64,000 bases of DNA from a virus. Taxonomy: Duplodnaviria > Caudoviricetes. Both the position numbers and the translations under genes were made by a program. The stretch lies in the IMG/VR virus record IMGVR_UViG_3300037501_000255. One strand, given 5' to 3'. Below the pieces are notes generated by a model. It was not told the DNA's origin. It made no database searches and saw only the letters and a list, made by a program, of their open reading frames with translations. Each line of letters opens with the position of its first letter. The stretch's first letter is position 1. Positions 17,748-27,114 of this stretch are shown here, piece by piece.

Positions 17748-18331
17748 TTCCTTCTTCTCTTCCTAATTTTAGTCAGCGGTGTTGTTGAAGATAGTATCTC
17801 GTCGACTATTCCGTACTCTAGCGCCTCCTGGGCTGTAAGGTACTTATCTGATTTAAGATCCATCTCGAGCTGCTTTACTGGTTTGCCTGTATATTTTGAA
17901 TATAGCTTGTACATTGTATCCTGTAGAGCTTTCGTGTGCTTTACTTCGATGGATAAGTCCGATACCGTTCCGTACACTTCGGTATTGACCTGGTGCATCA
18001 TAATCGATGTATTTTCCGCTATTGAGCGCCGATCTCCTGCCGCAAGCAGGAGCACCCCGGCGCTCATCACCTTACCAATGCCTATTGTATGCAGGGGGCA
18101 TTTTACCAATCTCATTGCATCGTACATGGCATTCATCTCATACATATCTCCGCCGTAAGTGGAGATATATATAGTGATGTGTTCTGTGGGGCTTTGAGCC
18201 GACAGCAGTACTAGATATTTGATGAATTGCTGAGCTTTACGCTCATCAATCTCTCCTGTGAGCATTATTATTCGCTGCTCCTCTATACATGTTACTTCTA
18301 TATCATCCGTGTATTCCTCTGTATCTGCCAT
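17744..18331 (-). CDS. clpP: ATP-dependent Clp protease proteolytic subunit
   Basis: RIIMLTGEID, YISTYGG, catalytic Ser in VMSAG, His in MMHQ and Asp in DKYLT. Confidence 0.95.
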   Translation of the reverse strand: MADTEEYTDDIEVTCIEEQRIIMLTGEIDERKAQQFIKYLVLLSAQSPTEHITIYISTYGGDMYEMNAMYDAMRLVKCPLHTIGIGKVMSAGVLLLAAGDRRSIAENTSIMMHQVNTEVYGTVSDLSIEVKHTKALQDTMYKLYSKYTGKPVKQLEMDLKSDKYLTAQEALEYGIVDEILSSTTPLTKIRKRRRK

Positions 18332-18390
18332 GTCAATCTCCCATGTCTGCGGCTACCATGGGGCGAATCTTACTGTGCCCTCATTGAAAA

Positions 18391-18411
18391 GCAGGCAGGA
18401 TTCCTGCCTGC
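18391..18411 (-). terminator. Rho-independent terminator after bS21
   Basis: Perfect 9-bp stem GCAGGCAGG/CCTGCCTGC followed by TTTTC on the minus strand. Confidence 0.75.
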
Positions 18412-18416
18412 CGCTA

Positions 18417-18821
18417 TCATTGTCCTTGCGACTCACCCTGAGGTGCGCGGCGAGGGGTATATGGACGGAATTTCACTTTCTTAGAATCGAAGTCCATCAT
18501 CATCTCTAGCTTTGCTTGGCGCTTGCGGGCATTTTTAATCGCCTTCATATGCCTCTCGCGGCGCTTCTGGCTCTTGCTCTTAAAATGCTCTCTTTTCTTT
18601 ATCTCAGACAAAACACCGGAGGCTTCGACTACACGCTTGAAGCGCCGGATAAGACGCTCGTTGTCCTCACCAGGTTCCGCCTTGACAGTCCTAAAAGTGA
18701 AGGAATTCAGCAAATCTTGTGAATTATCTACCCGTGGATCAAATTTGCCTAGTGGGCGATGCTGTGGGGGCCTGCGATTCTGATATGGGCGGTTAGACTC
18801 CCAATTATTAAACTTTCTCAT
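18417..18821 (-). CDS. rpsU: ribosomal protein bS21 with N- and C-terminal extensions
   Basis: Core VKAEPGEDNERLIRRFKRVVEASGVLSEIKKREHFKSKSQKRRE matches the bS21 pattern. Confidence 0.88.
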   Translation of the reverse strand: MRKFNNWESNRPYQNRRPPQHRPLGKFDPRVDNSQDLLNSFTFRTVKAEPGEDNERLIRRFKRVVEASGVLSEIKKREHFKSKSQKRRERHMKAIKNARKRQAKLEMMMDFDSKKVKFRPYTPRRAPQGESQGQ

Positions 18822-19417
18822 TCTTCCTCCGTTCTGCCGCCTAAATATTGGGTGGCAGATTTTGAATTCATTATGAACACTGCTACGGCAGCTAGTGTAT
18901 GGCTGTCAGTGATGTCCATAGATAATATCTTTTTATGTAGCTCTACGGCTGTTACCTCTTCGACCTTGAGTTCGGATAACTCCTCTTCAGGATCAAGATT
19001 TTGATTTGGTGTAGTGTCTGTATCAACAACGGCCAGGCAAATAGCCGTTGTACCGTTACTGCCCCCGGGGTTCGAGTACATACTGTACAGTAATTTGACT
19101 TCCTTAGCTAAGTACCCAGTTTCTTGCTTCAATTCTCTTAGAGCAGCATCTAGAATAGCCTCGCCCGGCTCCCGGCGACCTGCCGGAAATTCTAAATCAT
19201 ATGAGCCTACAGGGTACCTATATTGGCGCACCATGAGGTATGTGTGGGAGTCTGGATTCAGGCCGGGTTTAACCGGTATTACAACTACAGTTCCTGGGCT
19301 ATCCGCGTGAAAATAGTCTGTAACTACCCCGTTAGGCATTTCCACCTCGGCCTTCACGATGGTCAGGTGCTTTGTCTTTAGCGCCACCTCTTTACTTACC
19401 GTCTTCCATTTTTTCAT
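18818..19417 (-). CDS. NUDIX hydrolase (ADP-ribose pyrophosphatase-like)
   Basis: VRQYRYP and Nudix box AGRREPGEAILDAALRELKQETGY. Confidence 0.9.
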   Translation of the reverse strand: MKKWKTVSKEVALKTKHLTIVKAEVEMPNGVVTDYFHADSPGTVVVIPVKPGLNPDSHTYLMVRQYRYPVGSYDLEFPAGRREPGEAILDAALRELKQETGYLAKEVKLLYSMYSNPGGSNGTTAICLAVVDTDTTPNQNLDPEEELSELKVEEVTAVELHKKILSMDITDSHTLAAVAVFIMNSKSATQYLGGRTEEE

Positions 19418-19691
19418 GTTCTTCTCTCAGGAAAGCAACGTATGCCTTACATATGTGTATCATGCTATTGATACGTCTGGCTAGACCCTGTCCATAAGCA
19501 AAATGTAGCTCATCTTTGTGAATGTACTGCAGCTGTAGGATCTTGTTAATGTGATGTTTTGATGGAAAGTCCACTGTTGCCCAGTATCCCACATCAAGCT
19601 GATGCCTGCACACTGCACGAAAATCATCTATAATCTTAATTGAATCATCAATACTCTTCTTCGATGGAAGTTTTGACTTCCTGTCCTTCAT
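19392..19691 (-). CDS. hypothetical protein
   Basis: 99-aa ORF with GAGG upstream. Confidence 0.7.
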   Translation of the reverse strand: MKDRKSKLPSKKSIDDSIKIIDDFRAVCRHQLDVGYWATVDFPSKHHINKILQLQYIHKDELHFAYGQGLARRINSMIHICKAYVAFLREEHEKMEDGK

Positions 19692-19712
19692 ATTACCCTC
19701 TTTTGAGGCATC

Positions 19713-20750
19713 TTAACGTCGTAGAATGTGCGGAGTAGCCTCTACTGCCGACGAATGCGACACTTCGACAAATACTGCATTCTTATTCAGCTCAGCTACA
19801 CTTCTCGCTCCATTGTATGAGCACCCTGTCGATACGCCATTTATCATGTCTGCTATAACAGCAGCTAGGGGACCCTTATACGGAATCATGGTTGACACAC
19901 CCTCGTTGGATGAGTGAAATCCTCGCCAATCTACCTGGGCCTCTTTGGAGGCCATGCCTCGATATGTTTTCATTAGCCCGCGTTCAGTTTCTATAAGCTC
20001 TCCGGGCGCCTCATCTGTGCCGGCAAACATAGAGCCCATCATTACGAAGTGAGCGCCGGCAGCCAGAGCTTTTACAATGTCGCCGAACTCCCTAATGCCG
20101 CCATCAGAAATAATCTGAGCGGGGCGTGTCGTTTTGGCTACATCAAATATATTCTGCAGCATTGGATATCCGCATCCCGTCTGCACTCTAGTAGAGCAGA
20201 TTGATCCGCTGCCCACACCAAGTCTGATACTGTCCGCGCCCCAGTCGCTCAGATCGTCAAAACCCTCAAGCGTAGCCACATTTCCTGCCATAATATGGGT
20301 GGTTGGAAAAATGTCTCGTAGCTTTGTTAGAGCTTTTCTCATCAGCTCATGGTGACCATGTGCGATATCCACACATATCAGACTCGCTCCGGCCTCTACT
20401 ACCGCTTGGGCACGTTCAACGTAATCGCCGTTCACACCCACGGCTGCTCCAACAATAGCACCATCCGCCATAGATCGTGTCTGCTTTAATAAATTTACCT
20501 GCTCGGATATTGAATTGTACCTGTGCAGGATTCCCATGCCACCGCGCAATTTATGCATAGCGGCGCACATTTCTGGACCCGACACCGTATCCATAGGAGA
20601 AGCTATGAATGGTGTTGGTAATCTGATATTTGTATTTTTGAGTGGCACAGATAGATCTATATCAGTCTTCCGAGACTCTATATCGGATTTCTGAGGGACT
20701 AAATGCACATCTCCGAAAGTAAGCGCCTTGTGTGGCAGGAGTCTAGCCAT
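19713..20750 (-). CDS. guaB: IMP dehydrogenase / GMP reductase family enzyme lacking CBS domains
   Basis: LTFGDVHLVP, ASPMDTV, DIAHGH, catalytic loop GVGSGSICSTR, DGGIR and YRGMAS; IMPDH versus GMPR not resolved. Confidence 0.9.
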   Translation of the reverse strand: MARLLPHKALTFGDVHLVPQKSDIESRKTDIDLSVPLKNTNIRLPTPFIASPMDTVSGPEMCAAMHKLRGGMGILHRYNSISEQVNLLKQTRSMADGAIVGAAVGVNGDYVERAQAVVEAGASLICVDIAHGHHELMRKALTKLRDIFPTTHIMAGNVATLEGFDDLSDWGADSIRLGVGSGSICSTRVQTGCGYPMLQNIFDVAKTTRPAQIISDGGIREFGDIVKALAAGAHFVMMGSMFAGTDEAPGELIETERGLMKTYRGMASKEAQVDWRGFHSSNEGVSTMIPYKGPLAAVIADMINGVSTGCSYNGARSVAELNKNAVFVEVSHSSAVEATPHILRR

Positions 20751-20759
20751 GTTCTTTTC

Positions 20760-21104
20760 TCAGCCTTGCTGGGCATCTACAACCTTACCCGTGGCATCAA
20801 TGGTAAGTGAAATTCTACCCGGCTTGTAATCTTGCGTTACAGTGGCGCCGATCGGCGCTACACGGAACTCCGCTATTTTCTTGTCATTCACTAACTTTGT
20901 TAGCAACTCAACTGCATCATCTTTCATTTTATCCATTAAACCATCCAGCGTATCTCTCATTGAGAAATCAGGTGTGGCAACAACATGCTTACTAGGATCA
21001 AATTGTATTTCTTTCATATCGCTTTTAGCCTCATCTTTAATTATCTTGGAGTCCCAATCTGCGGGATTTTGTGAATCTATTCTTCTGAATACTTTACCTG
21101 ACAT
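20760..21104 (-). CDS. protein with C-terminal peptidase-inhibitor I78-like domain
   Basis: C-terminus RVAPIGATVTQDYKPGRISLTIDATGKVVDAQQG; start probably ATG 21104 with GAGGAG upstream. Confidence 0.65.
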   Translation of the reverse strand: MSGKVFRRIDSQNPADWDSKIIKDEAKSDMKEIQFDPSKHVVATPDFSMRDTLDGLMDKMKDDAVELLTKLVNDKKIAEFRVAPIGATVTQDYKPGRISLTIDATGKVVDAQQG

Positions 21105-21156
21105 GGAATTCTCCTCAGAAAGTAGGGGTGGGGGCGTGGGGATAGACGACGGCTTT

Positions 21157-22263
21157 TTAAGTCGCGCCCACAACCCCTTTAATGATTTCAGCAGCATCTA
21201 TAATCTCCTGCCATGTTGTTTTTGGGCTAATCGAAACCCTTATTGAGCCAGAGAGACGTGGCGACAATTCCCCATACATAGCTGCCAGAGTATAGCTGTG
21301 CGTCGACATACCTGATTCACAGGCGCTCATGCCAGATACCATCACGCCAGCCACTGATAGCTGTTCTACAAATAATTGTACATCCTTAACTTTTGGAAAA
21401 TATAGATTTGTAGTATTGGGCAGTCTCTTGGCTCCAGCCCCATTTACCAGAGCAACATCTCCCAATATTCGCTCAAGCTCTGCAATTTGCAATTGCATTT
21501 GCGCCGAAATGTGCGGAGATAAATTACTCATCTCTGTCACTGCCAATCCAAGACTGTATATAGCTTCGGTATTTATCGTGCCAGGTCGCAAACCCCACTG
21601 CTGCGCCCCTCCCAACATTAGCGGATAAAGTTGAGGAAAGATATTGTCCTTGAAGGCCAGTGCGCCAACACCCTTCATGGCGTGCATTTTATGACCAGAA
21701 ATAACAATTGTACTAGCGCAATTCCGCTGTATTTCAGATAGGCTCCCGCCTTTTGCATAGCATTGCGATGCGTCAATGTGAAGCTTTATTCCTTTCGCCC
21801 GGCAAAGCTCGGCAATGGAACAGTCCGGATCAAGATGAATTCCGGTTTCATTATTGGCATACATACAGGCCAGTACAATATTGGGGGCGTGCTTGCATCC
21901 GGATATTTTTTTAGCCAGCGTATCGTAGCATAGGTAACCTTCCGGAGTCACCGGCAGGATCTCATCCGCGTATTTAAGGACTGACTTGTGCTCGACTGCT
22001 GAAGACCAGATGGTGTGCCCTGACTTTCTGTATGAGGACAGCGCCATGGCATTTGCTTCTGTAGCGCCGCTCGTAAACAATACATTGTTTGTTCTGGTAC
22101 CCAGAAGTGTCGCAACAATCTCGCGGCTCCCATCAATAATCTTCTTAGAAGCGGCGCCTGCCGCATGTTGCGAGTCGGCATTTCCTAGAAATATTTCATC
22201 GGATAGCTGCTCGTATACATGCGGCAGGACATATGTGGCCGAATTATGATCTAAGTATATCAT
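21157..22263 (-). CDS. iscS: cysteine desulfurase (IscS/NifS)
   Basis: IYLDHNSAT, FTSGATEAN, PLP lysine in SGHK, catalytic Cys in SACESG. Confidence 0.95.
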   Translation of the reverse strand: MIYLDHNSATYVLPHVYEQLSDEIFLGNADSQHAAGAASKKIIDGSREIVATLLGTRTNNVLFTSGATEANAMALSSYRKSGHTIWSSAVEHKSVLKYADEILPVTPEGYLCYDTLAKKISGCKHAPNIVLACMYANNETGIHLDPDCSIAELCRAKGIKLHIDASQCYAKGGSLSEIQRNCASTIVISGHKMHAMKGVGALAFKDNIFPQLYPLMLGGAQQWGLRPGTINTEAIYSLGLAVTEMSNLSPHISAQMQLQIAELERILGDVALVNGAGAKRLPNTTNLYFPKVKDVQLFVEQLSVAGVMVSGMSACESGMSTHSYTLAAMYGELSPRLSGSIRVSISPKTTWQEIIDAAEIIKGVVGAT

Positions 22264-23897
22264 CCCATCATCATGCCAGGATGGGCGGTAGATGATTTAT
22301 TCTCTTCACTCTCGTCTATGGCTACCACCGCCTCTGTAGTAAGAATTAGCGAACTCACACTGGCTGCATTTTGAAGCGCAACCCTTGTTACCTGAGCCGG
22401 GTCGATAATCCCCGCCTGCAGCATATCTCTGTATTCATGAGTAGCTGCATCGTATCCCCAAGTGCCAGTCAATTCAGATCTGACCTTGTTTAGGACTACC
22501 TCCTGCGACTTGCCCGCATTGGCAACAATCTGCATCAATGGAGCAGAACACGCCTTGAGTATGATCTTAACTCCAATATCCTCTTCTGGGTCGCCTGTAG
22601 TGAAATTTTCGAGTGTTGCTGCTGCACGCACTAGAGCTACGCCTCCGCCCGGCACTATGCCCTCTTGTATCGCCGCCTTTGTAGCGGCAAGCGCATCCTC
22701 AAATCTATCCTTTCTTTCTTTCATTTCGATATCTGTAGCTGCGCCAACCTCGATAACGGCAATGCCGCCAATCAGCTTGGCCAAACGCTTGTTTAGCACA
22801 TCGCGTGCGTGAAAGTCGGTTATGCGAGAGAGTTCTTGGCGGATTTGAGCTGCGCGTTGCTGAATAGCGTCCTCGGCACCGCTCTTTCCCACCACCACGG
22901 TCTTCTCCCTTGTAATAATAATGCGCTCAGCCGTTCCTAGATCGGAGAGCTGCGTTTCGATTAGGCGAGATTCAATACCGAGCTCTTTGATTTGAGCACC
23001 AGTGAGAATCGCCAAATCCTCCATCATTTCCTTTTTTGCGTCTCCGAAACCAGGGGCTTTTACTGCAGCGCAGACAAGAGAGTTGCGCAGAGAATTGACT
23101 ACCATAGTACCGAGAACTTCACCCTCAATAGAGTCTGCTATCACGACCAGCGGTACCTTGTGCTTGCTGCAGTGCTGGAATAGTGGAAGCATCTCCTCCA
23201 TATCGGCTGCGCTGGTAAGCTTGCTATTTACCAGCCAGATTAACGGCTTTTCAAAAACGACCCTTTGGCGCTCCTTATCATTACAGAAGTGTGGTGAAAG
23301 GAATCCGCGGTCAAATTCAAAACCTTCGGCAGCACGAACTGTAGACTCAAAACCCTTGCCTTCCTCCAGAGTGATTACTCCATCCTTACCCACAACTTCC
23401 ATAGCCGAGGCTATCATCTTGCCGATCGAGGTGTCGCCGTTGGCGGAAATGGTTGCTACTTGCTCCACCTCTTTAATATCCTCAACTTGCTTACTTAGTT
23501 TTTTAATCTCAGCCACAACCGCCTCTGCGGCCTTGTCAATGCCGCGCTTGATTGGCATTGGGTCGTGACGAGCCACTATGAGGCGCAGACCTTCAGCCAC
23601 TATAGCGTCAGCCAAAACCGTTGCTGTGGTAGTCCCGTCACCGGCTAAATCCGCAGTACGCGACGCCACCTCTTTCACCATTTGGGCGCCCATATTGGCA
23701 AATGGATCTTTAACTACAATCTCTCTAGCCACCGACACGCCATCCTTGGTGATATGTGGAGGTAATCCACGGCGCTGCAGGACTACGTTTCTGCCACGTG
23801 GGCCCAGCGTACAGGCCACTGCCTTTGCTAAGGTCCTTACTCCGCTAGCTATTTTATCTCTGGAATTTTGACCAAATTCAATTATTTTAGAATCCAT
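22260..23897 (-). CDS. groL: group I chaperonin GroEL
   Basis: TLGPRGRNV, ITKDGVSVA, AGDGTTTATVLA, GIVPGGG and a Gly/Met-rich tail. Confidence 0.98.
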   Translation of the reverse strand: MDSKIIEFGQNSRDKIASGVRTLAKAVACTLGPRGRNVVLQRRGLPPHITKDGVSVAREIVVKDPFANMGAQMVKEVASRTADLAGDGTTTATVLADAIVAEGLRLIVARHDPMPIKRGIDKAAEAVVAEIKKLSKQVEDIKEVEQVATISANGDTSIGKMIASAMEVVGKDGVITLEEGKGFESTVRAAEGFEFDRGFLSPHFCNDKERQRVVFEKPLIWLVNSKLTSAADMEEMLPLFQHCSKHKVPLVVIADSIEGEVLGTMVVNSLRNSLVCAAVKAPGFGDAKKEMMEDLAILTGAQIKELGIESRLIETQLSDLGTAERIIITREKTVVVGKSGAEDAIQQRAAQIRQELSRITDFHARDVLNKRLAKLIGGIAVIEVGAATDIEMKERKDRFEDALAATKAAIQEGIVPGGGVALVRAAATLENFTTGDPEEDIGVKIILKACSAPLMQIVANAGKSQEVVLNKVRSELTGTWGYDAATHEYRDMLQAGIIDPAQVTRVALQNAASVSSLILTTEAVVAIDESEENKSSTAHPGMMMG

Positions 23898-23913
23898 ACT
23901 GCTTTTCTCCTAA

Positions 23914-24345
23914 TTATATGTCGTTAAGTTTCTTGCCTAATTTTGACAGGTATTTGTTATAAAGCCCCTCGTATATGTGCTGATACGGCGACGCTAGTAT
24001 TTGTACATCGTCTTCCGCAGTAAGCGTAGATCCAACCCGCATACGAATTTTTGCACTATCCTCTTCACGCGAAAGAAGCATTTCAATAGATGAAAGTCCG
24101 TGATGGCGTTGCGCGTATGCGGCTAAACCATCTAATGTATCTTGGGAAAACTCCAGAATGGCAGGAGCATTGTCTTCATCCGAAAGAAGGACGATGGTGG
24201 CATAGTGAATCTTTTCTGCGCGATCCGGCGCAGAAACTAGACCGTCTTTGCTAGCTGGAATTGCTATAGGAGGAAATGGGAATTTAACCCCATGAACCCG
24301 CTCAGATGTCAGTAGTTGATTTAGGATCCGAATCTTCATTCTCAT
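23914..24345 (-). CDS. hypothetical protein in the groES position
   Basis: 143-aa ORF directly upstream of groEL; only weak GroES-like segments. Confidence 0.7.
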   Translation of the reverse strand: MRMKIRILNQLLTSERVHGVKFPFPPIAIPASKDGLVSAPDRAEKIHYATIVLLSDEDNAPAILEFSQDTLDGLAAYAQRHHGLSSIEMLLSREEDSAKIRMRVGSTLTAEDDVQILASPYQHIYEGLYNKYLSKLGKKLNDI

Positions 24346-24568
24346 TTACCTGCGGTTCTGCTGATGCTGTGGGGAAGTCTTGCACATCGTCATATATACC
24401 CACCTCGCGCGTCGAACCTTTGAGATGCGGCGGTGCTTCGACTGATTTGAGTATATTAAATACAGATGAGAATGTGATATTGTTTCTGTGTTCGGCGGGG
24501 ACTGATTTCTTAGCCTTTTTTAGATGCCGCCTTACGCGATCTCGTAACATTTTTCTATTTCCAGACAT
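24302..24568 (-). CDS. hypothetical protein
   Basis: Start at 24568 overlaps the def stop (TAATG); basic N-terminus, acidic tail. Confidence 0.7.
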   Translation of the reverse strand: MSGNRKMLRDRVRRHLKKAKKSVPAEHRNNITFSSVFNILKSVEAPPHLKGSTREVGIYDDVQDFPTASAEPQVNENEDSDPKSTTDI

Positions 24569-25083
24569 TAGAAGATCCTCATATGTTTGCGAAGCTCTGC
24601 CTTGCAGCACTTGGCAAAAGTGAGATTTGAGCTGCACAGGCATAGCCCGTCATCTTTTATGTTGGACAGCTGATTTCTAAACATACTCTGACCAATTGTA
24701 TGCTGATGCTCGTGCTGCGCGACGATGGCGGGAAGGCCGGTAAGCCTTATACCTTGAGGATTCAAGTCGTCTACTATAACTGCAGTATTGTATCTTAGGG
24801 TGCGTATGGACTGACCGGGATACGACAGACACCCCTCTGCAGTAAAGATAAGCGGCTCAGACAGGTGGGTGATGCGCGCATTTATGAAGTTATAACTGTG
24901 CTTTGCAGAAATGCGTATTATGAATGCTTGCTTTACTACACCAATCTGGCATGCTGCCAGACCAATTCCCTGTACCTCCGACATTCGAAGCTCATTTTCG
25001 AGCCTAGTCAGAAGTTCAGCGGCTTCCCCCGGCAAGACCGGAGTGGACGGAATTAGGAGAGTATCCTCATCGGTAACGATCAT
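24568..25083 (-). CDS. def: peptide deformylase with C-terminal SEC-C-like motif
   Basis: GIGLAACQIG, EGCLS, QHEHQH and C-terminal DGLCLCSSNLTFAKCC; start at 25083 (ATGA overlap). Confidence 0.9.
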   Translation of the reverse strand: MIVTDEDTLLIPSTPVLPGEAAELLTRLENELRMSEVQGIGLAACQIGVVKQAFIIRISAKHSYNFINARITHLSEPLIFTAEGCLSYPGQSIRTLRYNTAVIVDDLNPQGIRLTGLPAIVAQHEHQHTIGQSMFRNQLSNIKDDGLCLCSSNLTFAKCCKAELRKHMRIF

Positions 25084-25403
25084 ACGGAAAAGCTCTTCCC
25101 GCAGGAGCAGGAGGGTTTGGTATCTGGGAATATAAACACAAACCGGCTCTCCGTCAAGGAAGTTTTCCAATCAAGCGTGGCTCCGTTGAGGAGTGTTGCG
25201 CTCTTTTTATCAATTAGTATTTTGAATTTCTCGCAATCAATGATGTGATCCCCAACAGATTCGGTAGCTGATAATTCGATAAACTGCTCAAAACCCTTGC
25301 AGCCTCCGCTGCGCAGTCCGACCCGGATGGCGCAACTCCCATCGCGGGTGGCGACAAGTTCGCTCATTTTTTGTTTGGCGCTGTCCGAGAGTGCGATTGG
25401 CAT
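25080..25403 (-). CDS. iscA: HesB/IscA family Fe-S assembly protein
   Basis: RSGGCKGF...CSCGKSF. Confidence 0.93.
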   Translation of the reverse strand: MPIALSDSAKQKMSELVATRDGSCAIRVGLRSGGCKGFEQFIELSATESVGDHIIDCEKFKILIDKKSATLLNGATLDWKTSLTESRFVFIFPDTKPSCSCGKSFSV

Positions 25404-25458
25404 GCGGTCCCCGTGGTATGTAATTGCTGCGGCCGGCTAGACGTGCGGTTTTTATTTG

Positions 25459-25812
25459 TTATTCTGAGAATGATGAGCCGCAAGCGCAGTGGCGGCGATC
25501 TGCAGAGCCTCCGGAAAATTTAAATCCTTCTTGCAGATCAGAGGTGATATAATCTAACTCTACGCCCTGCATGTACATGGCGGAAAATGAGTCCATAGCA
25601 ATGCGAATACTGCGTTCGCCGGACGAGAACTCCTCTATCAAATCTTCATCTGGATCTAAGTCATTATCAAAGGCGAGTTCGTTTTGGAAGCCGGAACATC
25701 CCCCTCCCTTTACTGAGGCGCGTATAAAATAATCATCACTTAATTCATCTCCATTTTTAGCTGCGATGAGACGCTCAATTGCGGCAGTTGTCAGTTTTAG
25801 CGGAAATGTCAT
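25459..25812 (-). CDS. HesB/IscA/ErpA family Fe-S assembly protein (second copy)
   Basis: VKGGGCSGF...CACGSSF; start moved to ATG 25812. Confidence 0.93.
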   Translation of the reverse strand: MTFPLKLTTAAIERLIAAKNGDELSDDYFIRASVKGGGCSGFQNELAFDNDLDPDEDLIEEFSSGERSIRIAMDSFSAMYMQGVELDYITSDLQEGFKFSGGSADRRHCACGSSFSE

Positions 25813-25813
25813 A

Positions 25814-25996
25814 TCATACCTCATAAATATAAGAGATGCGCTGAACCCATTCGTCATCTTCGTAGTTAGAGTGGGTGTATATCTTAATTTCGGATGGTGT
25901 TAAAGGGCGTTTGAAGCCGCACTTCCAACAGTGCAGCAGTTTATTTTCCAGTATATCCCTTTCATCCAGATCTTCCTTACAGAATTGGCAATTCAT
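25814..25996 (-). CDS. small Zn-ribbon protein
   Basis: CQFC...CWKC, 60 aa. Confidence 0.65.
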   Translation of the reverse strand: MNCQFCKEDLDERDILENKLLHCWKCGFKRPLTPSEIKIYTHSNYEDDEWVQRISYIYEV

Positions 25997-26010
25997 AATT
26001 ATCTATATTT

Positions 26011-27114
26011 TTATGCTAACATACTATTGACGTATTTGGCAATTGAAAAGGCACATGTCAGCCCGGGGCTTTCAATCCCGACCAATGAAACCATCTTGCG
26101 ATCACCGTCGCAAGACTCGTCTTCAATGATAAAATCAGACTTAAAACCGCCGCTATTGATCTTTGGTCTAATTCCAGTGTAATCTGGATATATATCTTCG
26201 GGGGCCAGATCGACATCTAAGTATTTATTTATGTCGGTGAGAAATTCCGCCTTGCGCGATTCATCTATGCTATAATCTACATTTTTGACTGGATATGCGT
26301 TGGGGCCAAATCCGATGGAGCCATCCATGTAGTTTCTAGTATGTATGCCTAGCGATAGCTGATCTGCTGGCGGCACCGCATATACGAGATGCTTTAGATC
26401 TCTTATTTTATTTGTTTTGTAGTATTCTCCTTTATAGAAGTACAGCTTATATTTATATATGCCAGATAGGGCCGCTATTCTGTCTGCAAAGAGGCCTGCG
26501 GCATTGATAATACAGTCTGTATTAATTACAAAATCATTGTCGTTGACCGAAATCTCCCAGCGACTGCCGGCGGCATCTATAGCAGTGACTCGCGAATTAT
26601 ACGACAAAACTCCCTGGTTAGCAGTTATGTCTTGCTCCAGAGCGCGCATGAGTAGATGCGAGTCGAAATATCCGGTATCGGGTATAAATATACCCTCGCA
26701 TGGTTTGAGTGGAATATTGTTTTGGATGTCTGATGAATTCCATCTGATACTTCGATATCCCAGCCCTATTTCATCGGCATTCTTTTTTAATGCATCAAGG
26801 GAGGATAATTCGTTTTCGGAATGTTGGGCAACAATAAGCTTTCCGGACTGCTTATGTGGCACGCCTTTTTCTTTCAAGTACTGATACATTAGCTCTTTGC
26901 CATCTAGGCAAAGTTGTGACTTCAGACTTCCAGGTGTATAGTAGATGCCGGAATGAATAACCTCGCTATTGCGACTACTAGTATGATATCCGAATCCAGC
27001 CTCTGTATCTAGCACTACAACAGAGTCGTGTATTTTAGATAATTCGGCAGCTATAGCTAGACCTAGTGCGCCCGCCCCAATAACTACAGGACCACACTCT
27101 ACAATGTCGGTCAT
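26011..27114 (-). CDS. FAD-dependent oxidoreductase, L-2-hydroxyglutarate oxidase (LhgO)-like
   Basis: IGAGALG, TSSRNSEVIHSGIYY, YTGIRPK and GIESPGLT. Confidence 0.9.
   Translation of the reverse strand: MTDIVECGPVVIGAGALGLAIAAELSKIHDSVVVLDTEAGFGYHTSSRNSEVIHSGIYYTPGSLKSQLCLDGKELMYQYLKEKGVPHKQSGKLIVAQHSENELSSLDALKKNADEIGLGYRSIRWNSSDIQNNIPLKPCEGIFIPDTGYFDSHLLMRALEQDITANQGVLSYNSRVTAIDAAGSRWEISVNDNDFVINTDCIINAAGLFADRIAALSGIYKYKLYFYKGEYYKTNKIRDLKHLVYAVPPADQLSLGIHTRNYMDGSIGFGPNAYPVKNVDYSIDESRKAEFLTDINKYLDVDLAPEDIYPDYTGIRPKINSGGFKSDFIIEDESCDGDRKMVSLVGIESPGLTCAFSIAKYVNSMLA

Noticed and set aside
18818-19417. Inactive NUDIX because of RELKQETG instead of RELxEETG
   Set aside because: Single substitutions at this position occur in active Nudix enzymes; insufficient evidence for a claim.
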